Below, piece after piece: positions 32,270-37,789 of a stretch of 37,789 nucleotides of DNA (within the stretch, counting starts at the first letter, position 1; every line of letters starts with the position of its first letter). Source of the DNA: Treponema sp. (GTDB lineage: Bacteria; Spirochaetota; Spirochaetia; Treponematales; Treponemataceae); NCBI GenBank assembly GCA_012799545.1, contig JAAZLA010000059.1, forward strand, positions 1 to 37,789, written 5' to 3'. Made by a program: the position numbers and the translations under genes. The notes beneath the pieces were generated by a model, which searched no databases, was not told where the DNA came from, and was given only the letters and a program-made list of their open reading frames with translations.

Positions 32270-32277
32270 AAAAAAAG

Positions 32278-33531
32278 ATGAACCAAGAAAGTCTTAGTAT
32301 GAATGCAGTTTCCCTCAACAAAAAAGAAAATGCCTACACGGTATCTGAGCTAACAAGCTATATAAAAGAACTTTTGGAAGCGAGTTTTTTTCAAATAGTC
32401 GTAGAAGGCGAAATTTCAAACTACAAGCCTTCCAGTACCGGTCATGTTTATTTTACTCTAAAAGACGAAAAAGCTGCTATTTCTGCAGTTATTTTTAAAG
32501 GGAAAATGCGCAACATTGCCTTTTCACCAAAAGACGGAAACAAGGTGCGCTTAAAGGGCTCGCTTTCTGTTTACGCCCTTCGAGGAAACTATCAAATCAT
32601 CGTTGACTCAATGGAAGAACTTGGCTCTGGCAATATTCTTGAAATGCTCGAAATGCGCAAACAAAAGCTCGCCAAAGAGGGTTTGTTTGACGAAGATCGA
32701 AAAAAACCAATTCCCTTTTTCCCAAAACGCATAGGCATTGTAACAAGCCCTACTGGAGCTGCCTTACAAGATATTTTGCAAATTTTACAAAGACGAAATC
32801 CCAAAATCTCCGTCGTCATACTCCCCTGCCCTGTGCAAGGAAGCGAGGCTGCCGCAGAGATAGCAAAAAAAATCACAATCGCAAATACTCATACGCTTTG
32901 CGACGTACTCATCGTGGGGCGTGGTGGCGGCTCCCTCGAAGATCTTCTTCCTTTTTCTGAAGAAATAGTTGTACGTGCCATAGCTGCCTCAGAAATTCCT
33001 GTAATATCTGCTGTGGGGCATGAAATAGACTGGGCTTTAAGCGATTTTGCAGCGGACAAAAGAGCGCCGACACCCTCAGCGGCAGCCGAGCTTGCAAGTC
33101 CCCCTTTGGAAGACATTCTAGAACTTCTCGAGAAGTTTAAGGAAAACTTTGAACGAAGCATGAGCTATAAGCTCGACTATGCAAAAGCTCTTATGAGGTC
33201 ATTTACAGCAGAGGGCTTAGAAATGCAGTTTAGGACGATTGAACAGCCCTTATTGCAGCGATTTGACGACGCAAAAGAAGACTTGCTCCTTGCGATGCAG
33301 TATCACGTACAAGAAAAAAAACAAGCCCTGAACATGATACAAACGCAATTACAAGCCCTTAACCCACTTTCTGTTTTAGAGCGCGGTTTTGCAATTGTGC
33401 GATTTAAAGAAAATAAAAAAACAATTCTCGATGCCCAAGACCTAAAACTGGGCGATGAAGTAGAAATCCTACCTTTTAAAGGTTTAGCGGAAGCGAAAAT
33501 AAGTCAGATACAAAAGCGGGAGGTCAGATAA
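32278..33531 (+). CDS. xseA: Exodeoxyribonuclease VII large subunit
   Basis: N-terminal OB-fold signature YTVSELTSYIKELLE...VVEGEISNYKPSSTGHVYFTLKD. Catalytic-domain motifs IGIVTSPTGAALQDIL, VGRGGGSLEDL, SAVGHEIDW...DFAAD.RAPTPSAAAE. 417 aa. Confidence 0.93.
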   Translation: MNQESLSMNAVSLNKKENAYTVSELTSYIKELLEASFFQIVVEGEISNYKPSSTGHVYFTLKDEKAAISAVIFKGKMRNIAFSPKDGNKVRLKGSLSVYALRGNYQIIVDSMEELGSGNILEMLEMRKQKLAKEGLFDEDRKKPIPFFPKRIGIVTSPTGAALQDILQILQRRNPKISVVILPCPVQGSEAAAEIAKKITIANTHTLCDVLIVGRGGGSLEDLLPFSEEIVVRAIAASEIPVISAVGHEIDWALSDFAADKRAPTPSAAAELASPPLEDILELLEKFKENFERSMSYKLDYAKALMRSFTAEGLEMQFRTIEQPLLQRFDDAKEDLLLAMQYHVQEKKQALNMIQTQLQALNPLSVLERGFAIVRFKENKKTILDAQDLKLGDEVEILPFKGLAEAKISQIQKREVR

Positions 33532-33764
33532 TGGCTCAATTTGAAAAACAACTTGAACGGCTCGAAGAAATAAGCGCATCTATAAAAAAATCGGATATTA
33601 GCATGGAAGAAGCCCTCAAGTTTTTTGAAGAAGGTATTCAACTTGCAAAAAAAATGGAAAAAGATTTAGAAAAAATTGAAACAAAGATACAAGTGCTTAT
33701 GAATTCACCTGTTAGGGTCGAGGACAAACCTGAACTCGATTTATTTAGTCTTTCAGCCAATTAA
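33531..33764 (+). CDS. xseB: Exodeoxyribonuclease VII small subunit
   Basis: 77 aa. FEKQLERLEEISASIKKSDISMEEALKFFEEGIQLAKK matches the XseB helical-hairpin signature. GGAGG RBS and TAATG overlap with xseA. Confidence 0.9.
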   Translation: MAQFEKQLERLEEISASIKKSDISMEEALKFFEEGIQLAKKMEKDLEKIETKIQVLMNSPVRVEDKPELDLFSLSAN

Positions 33765-33776
33765 CAAAGATAGAAA

Positions 33777-35669
33777 ATGGCAATTTTCAGCGCCCAAAGA
33801 GGCATAGAAAAAAAAATACAAAAACTCAAGCCTGAGCTTGCACGAAAAATAGCTGCAGGGGAAGTTATAGACAGACCCCATGCAGTTGTTCGCGAGCTCC
33901 TCGATAACGCAATTGACTCAGGTGCAAACAATATTCGGCTTGAAATTTTTTCAGGTGGCATAGAAAAAATAATCGTAAAAGATAATGGAATCGGGCTTTC
34001 AAAAGAAAATTTAGCTCTCTGCGCCCAGCCCCATGCGACAAGTAAGATTGGCTCCGAACTAGACTTGCTCAAAATTCAAAGCATGGGCTTTCGCGGAGAG
34101 GCACTCTCATCAATTGCTGCAGTAAGCCGTTTAAAAATCCAATCCAAACAAAGGCAGGCAAAAGAAAATCACGCGTGGTGCTTAGAAAGTGAAGTGGGCT
34201 TAGAAGATAGAATTGAACCCTGCCTTATTCACGAAGGAAGCATTGTCGAAGCGCAAGGCCTTTTTGCAAATTTCCCTGCGAGGCGTCAATTCCTGAAACG
34301 CCCAGCAACAGAGGCAGCACTTTGCCGACAGGTTTTTATAGAAAAAAGCCTCCCCTTTATCGATATACATTTTAGTTTTTTTAGCGATGGAGAAAAAAAA
34401 CTCGACTTTCCCGAGGCACAAAGCTACAAAGAACGCTTTGCAAGCGCTCTTGGCTTAGAAAAAAGCCTTGCACTTTTGCATGAATTAGAAGGACAGGATA
34501 CAGCCGAACTGCCAGAATGGCGCTTTAAAATCGTCATAGGGGACCCAAGCCTTGCTCGAACAGATAGAAAGCAAATACATATTTTTACAAATAATCGAAA
34601 AATTGACGAATACAGCTTTGTGCAAGCAATAGAATATGGTTGCCAAGGCTATTTCCCCAATGGGCTCAAACCCATTGCAGCGCTTTTTTTAGAAATTTCT
34701 CCTGCCCTTGTTGATTTCAATATTCACCCTGCAAAAAAAGAAGCGCGCTTTAAAGATTCAACTGCGATACATCGTGCGATTCACACCAGCATCAACCGTT
34801 TTTTTCGCTCTTTTTCTTTTAAAGCAATCCAAGAAGATAGCCTAGAAAGAGAAGAAACCAAACATCAATATGAATTTTCAAATGATTTTTCTATACCGAC
34901 AAGGGACCAACATTTTTCAAAGCCTGCCTACAGGGGAAAAGAAAGCCATTTTTCTCCCTCTTTTCTAGGTCCGAGACCTAGCAAAGATTTTGAAGGGGAA
35001 AATCGAAGCAGCTATGCTCAGGCTTCTCAGCCTATAAAAAGAAGCCACATAGATAGCTCTTTTCAAAACGAGCAGGAATTTAACAGGAGCGCCACAAAGA
35101 AGAATGGTCTTGAGGAAAAAGCAGCGGCTTCTTTTCGTTATTTTGGCAGCTATGCATCCCTTTTTCTAATTGCCGAGAAAAATGAAAAACTCTATATCAT
35201 CGATCAACATGCAGCCCACGAGCGTATTTTATTTAACCAGTTTATGCAAAAAAAAGCACAAAGGCAAAGCCTGCTCATTCCACAGCTTTTTACGACAAAG
35301 GACAAAAACGAAGACTCCTATCTTGAATCAATACAAGACGAATTACAGGAGCAAGGTTTTCAGATAGAGAAAGTCGCCGAGGGAAAATGGGAGATTCGAG
35401 AAATTCATGAACTCTGGGAAGGAGACTTGGAAGGGCTCTTTAGCGAAATCTTGGAAAATAAAACAGAGCCACGCGATCTTTTGCGAAAAATCGCAGAAAA
35501 TTACGCCTGCAAAAAAGCAATAAAGGACGGAAGCTATCTCGACGATGCAAGCGCTATTGCCCTCATCACAGAAAGTTTTGCCTTAGATGATCCACATTGC
35601 CCCCATGGGCGCCCTATATGGACCATCATCAGCAAAGAAGAGCTTTTTTCACGCGTTAAACGTAGCTAA
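33777..35669 (+). CDS. mutL: DNA mismatch repair protein MutL (endonuclease-type)
   Basis: GHKL ATPase N-terminus IAAGEVIDRPHAVVRELLDNAIDSGA, DNGIGL, GFRGEAL. The C-terminal endonuclease motif DQHAAHERILF and CPHGRP are present. Confidence 0.95.
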   Translation: MAIFSAQRGIEKKIQKLKPELARKIAAGEVIDRPHAVVRELLDNAIDSGANNIRLEIFSGGIEKIIVKDNGIGLSKENLALCAQPHATSKIGSELDLLKIQSMGFRGEALSSIAAVSRLKIQSKQRQAKENHAWCLESEVGLEDRIEPCLIHEGSIVEAQGLFANFPARRQFLKRPATEAALCRQVFIEKSLPFIDIHFSFFSDGEKKLDFPEAQSYKERFASALGLEKSLALLHELEGQDTAELPEWRFKIVIGDPSLARTDRKQIHIFTNNRKIDEYSFVQAIEYGCQGYFPNGLKPIAALFLEISPALVDFNIHPAKKEARFKDSTAIHRAIHTSINRFFRSFSFKAIQEDSLEREETKHQYEFSNDFSIPTRDQHFSKPAYRGKESHFSPSFLGPRPSKDFEGENRSSYAQASQPIKRSHIDSSFQNEQEFNRSATKKNGLEEKAAASFRYFGSYASLFLIAEKNEKLYIIDQHAAHERILFNQFMQKKAQRQSLLIPQLFTTKDKNEDSYLESIQDELQEQGFQIEKVAEGKWEIREIHELWEGDLEGLFSEILENKTEPRDLLRKIAENYACKKAIKDGSYLDDASAIALITESFALDDPHCPHGRPIWTIISKEELFSRVKRS

Positions 35670-35715
35670 ATACGAGCAAAAACCATGTAAAAAAACTCTG
35701 ACATAAATCTACTAG

Positions 35716-37695
35716 CTATCGTATGCTTGCAAGCAAGGCAGAAACCTCATCTTTTTTATAACTTGCATTTTTTGACTGCAAGGTAAGCAAAAAACCTTCT
35801 GCTGCAGATGCATCTTTTAAAGCAATACATACCTTTGCAATCTCAATATAGGCATCCCAGTTTTGATTATCTTTTTGTAAAATTTCCAAAAACAAAGCTT
35901 TTGCATTTTCAAAATCTTCTGCACTCGCAAAGGCCCTTGCAAGATTCATCTTTACCATAGCATTTTCGGGCTCCAGTTTTACCGCCTTTTGAAAATTTTG
36001 AATTGCCTCTGCATAGTCTTTTTTTGCCAAGTAGGCACTTGCAAGATTGTTTACCGCTTCAAAACTTTTGGGATCCGTTTGAGTCGCTGTTTTTAGACAT
36101 AAAAGAGCAGACTCTATATCACCCGATTCTAGGAAAATCTTACCCAAATTGATATTTGCTCGGCTATGTTTCGGGTCAATTTTGAGCGTTTTAGAATAAT
36201 AGACCAAGGCGGTATCTACATCGCCTTTTGCTTCAGATATAAGTCCAAAATTATACTGAAAACTTGCATTTCCGGTCTGTGCATCAGCGGCAAAGCCCGC
36301 AAATTTTCCTGCATCGTCATATTTTGCTTGATTATATAAAACAGTCGATAAATTATACGAAGTTACCGCATCATTTGCATTAAAAGAAAGAGCCTTTCTA
36401 AAAGAAGTCTCAGCTTCGGCGTTTTTTCCCATTTGTGCATACAAGGAACCGAGTTCCCTCAAGGCGCTCACATTGGAAGAGTCTATCTCCAAGACTTTTT
36501 TATACGAAGTTTCTGCCCCTCGTGTGTCATTTTTAAGAGCGAGAAGCCGTGCAATCTCCAAATGCGCCCTATCATAATTTGGGCTAATTGTAACCGCTCT
36601 GCGATAGGCTTGTAAGGCTTCTTCACTTCGCCCCAAGGTTTTATAAGTTGTTGCTAAGTTAAAAAAACCTTGTTCAAAAGAAGGCTGCAGTTTCGTACTA
36701 GTTTCAAATGAAGAACGCGCCTCACTATATTGTCGAAGGGAGTACTGTACCTTGCCTAAGTCATAAAAATAAAGATAATTCGATGGCTCTTTTTGCACAG
36801 CCAATGTCAGCGCTTCTAGGGCCTTATCAAATTGTTTTGCGTCAGAAAACATTTTCCCCAAAAGATAGTGGGCAAGCGCATCATTTTTGTCAAAGCGAAG
36901 TGCTTTTTCGGCAAACTTTTGAGACTCCTTTTGTAGAGCATCCTTTTTTTTCACATCCATTTGTGTCAAAGATGAATCGTATAAGACATTGGCAATCTCT
37001 GAAAACTTTTTTGCATTAAAGGCATCTTGATTTTTGGGCAAGAGCGATTCCACACGGTTAAAATGGACAAGCCCCTCATCCGTTTTCCCACTTCCTATTT
37101 TTGCCTTCCCAAGAGCTATTTCATCATTTACTTTTTCTATTTGTGCTTGTAGTTCTTTACTCTCTTTTGCAAGGGCCTCTTCATAGGCTTTTTGTTTTTG
37201 CGCTTCAAGCTCTTGTTGCTCCTTTCGTTTTCTTTCCTCAGCCAATTCTTCAGCTTGCATTTTTGCAAGGTCTTCTTGGCGCTTGGTAACAGATTCTTGC
37301 TGAGCCTGCTGTTGGCGTAAGGCTTCTTCCATCTTGCTTATTGCCCGCTCTAGTTCACTCGTATCCAAATCAATACTTTGCGCATAGCGAGGAAAGTCTT
37401 CCAAAGATGCACCTAATTTGAGCTGCACTATTTCATCGATAAATAAAAGTGCTTCCTCATCATGTGGATTTTTTATCAACAAATTGTCGAGTAAATTCAT
37501 CGCCCGCTCATACTCGCCCTTTTCAACATATTTTTTCACAAGGACAAGCGTATTTTCTCGCTCTTTTTCCCTTTCATTTACGAGCGCTTGTTTTTGCACC
37601 TGAGAACAACGCACAGGGATAAAAATAGCAAGAGCGAGGACAATTAGCGCCAAAAAGCCTAAAACGACCCTTCTATCAATCAAGTTCAAACTCAT
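35716..37695 (-). CDS. Membrane-anchored coiled-coil + TPR-repeat protein
   Basis: N-terminal TM helix VVLGFLALIVLALAIFIPV. A Glu/Lys/Gln-rich coiled-coil segment follows (QQQAQQESVTKRQEDLAKMQAEELAEERKRKEQQELEAQKQKAYEEALAKE). After that come at least eight TPR units. The ATG at 37695 has a GGAG 7 nt upstream; the listed GTG at 37728 is an alternative. Confidence 0.8.
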   Translation of the reverse strand: MSLNLIDRRVVLGFLALIVLALAIFIPVRCSQVQKQALVNEREKERENTLVLVKKYVEKGEYERAMNLLDNLLIKNPHDEEALLFIDEIVQLKLGASLEDFPRYAQSIDLDTSELERAISKMEEALRQQQAQQESVTKRQEDLAKMQAEELAEERKRKEQQELEAQKQKAYEEALAKESKELQAQIEKVNDEIALGKAKIGSGKTDEGLVHFNRVESLLPKNQDAFNAKKFSEIANVLYDSSLTQMDVKKKDALQKESQKFAEKALRFDKNDALAHYLLGKMFSDAKQFDKALEALTLAVQKEPSNYLYFYDLGKVQYSLRQYSEARSSFETSTKLQPSFEQGFFNLATTYKTLGRSEEALQAYRRAVTISPNYDRAHLEIARLLALKNDTRGAETSYKKVLEIDSSNVSALRELGSLYAQMGKNAEAETSFRKALSFNANDAVTSYNLSTVLYNQAKYDDAGKFAGFAADAQTGNASFQYNFGLISEAKGDVDTALVYYSKTLKIDPKHSRANINLGKIFLESGDIESALLCLKTATQTDPKSFEAVNNLASAYLAKKDYAEAIQNFQKAVKLEPENAMVKMNLARAFASAEDFENAKALFLEILQKDNQNWDAYIEIAKVCIALKDASAAEGFLLTLQSKNASYKKDEVSALLASIR

Positions 37696-37789
37696 AATCG
37701 TACTCCATAACTCCTTCTGTTCCTGCACGAAGATTTGCAGATTCAGTATTTTGTAAAGATGCAGCTATCTCTTCCATTAGTTTTTGACG
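37676..37789 (-). CDS. 3' end of an unidentified gene continuing beyond the window
   Basis: The minus-strand frame is open from the window edge: RQKLMEEIAASLQNTESANLRAGTEGVMEYDYEFELD, then TGA at 37676-37678. It overlaps the downstream TPR gene's ATG by 20 nt. Only 37 codons are visible, so coding status is weakly supported. Confidence 0.3.
   Translation of the reverse strand, partial: RQKLMEEIAASLQNTESANLRAGTEGVMEYDYEFELD

Noticed and set aside
25500-33200. Impression of higher GC content in parts of the 25.5-27 kb and 32.7-33.2 kb regions, considered as evidence for horizontal acquisition of the cluster.
   Set aside because: This is based on hand counts of a few 60-nt lines only. xseA, a core gene, shows the same tendency, so it may just reflect Ala/Gly/Arg-rich protein segments. 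No tRNA-flanked boundaries, integrase or direct repeats were seen. It needs a computed GC and codon-usage profile.
1186-37603. About 50 listed ORFs of 60-135 aa lying antisense to, or out of frame within, the large genes. Examples: 1186..1389, 1701..2009, 2028..2222, 2409..2780, 5644..6018, 5892..6161, 7997..8263, 14051..14458, 15266..15496, 19460..19945, 23763..24071, 25484..25825, 27559..27894, 28152..28922, 32592..33161, 33761..34072, 36708..37289.
   Set aside because: Each is fully embedded in a gene with strong family motifs. Their products are low-complexity (Ser/Phe/Leu/Lys/Arg-rich mirror translations), and they have no RBS or promoter. This is the usual behaviour of shadow frames.
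1-37789. Search by eye for CRISPR arrays, IS elements or transposases, integrases, prophage genes, toxin-antitoxin pairs and known defence-system signatures.
   Set aside because: None were found. Intergenic space is minimal, no spaced direct repeats were seen, and every ORF over 150 aa except three or four unknowns has a housekeeping or envelope-type assignment.

Overview
Gene-dense, AT-rich chromosomal segment (about 95% coding, roughly 37% GC by eye). It reads like core genome of a Treponema-type spirochaete. Markers for that call are a FlaA flagellar sheath protein, Rex, bactofilin, several TPR proteins and a RelA/SpoT-TPR fusion. Housekeeping genes I recognise are rlmN, mfd, alr, rex, rpmE, rho, lnt, an HU/IHF-like gene, rpsT, dinG, tRNA-Glu(UUC), flaA, xseA, xseB and mutL. 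I saw no rRNA, CRISPR array, transposase, integrase, phage gene or long repeat. Several listed ORF starts are internal or alternative TTG/GTG codons. I re-set these where overlap logic, an RBS or a neighbouring element argues for another start. The most interesting content is a tightly packed minus-strand block at about 23.7-32.2 kb. In order it encodes a radical-SAM/SPASM-like protein with a nucleotidyltransferase-like N-domain, a GT-A-like protein, a cytidylyltransferase/PseG-like/Zn-ribbon-methyltransferase fusion, an ATP-grasp ligase, a peptidoglycan amidase and a GerMN-like protein. It ends directly upstream of flaA and matches no complete known sugar pathway. Secondary items: an unlisted 56-aa zinc-ribbon ORF with near-consensus expression signals, a three-gene operon of unknowns (7961-9773), a cluster-less MutY-like glycosylase, an orphan LeuD-like protein, a Rho N-terminal extension, and a tRNA/terminator/dinG arrangement. 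All family assignments come from motif recognition by eye, with no searches run.
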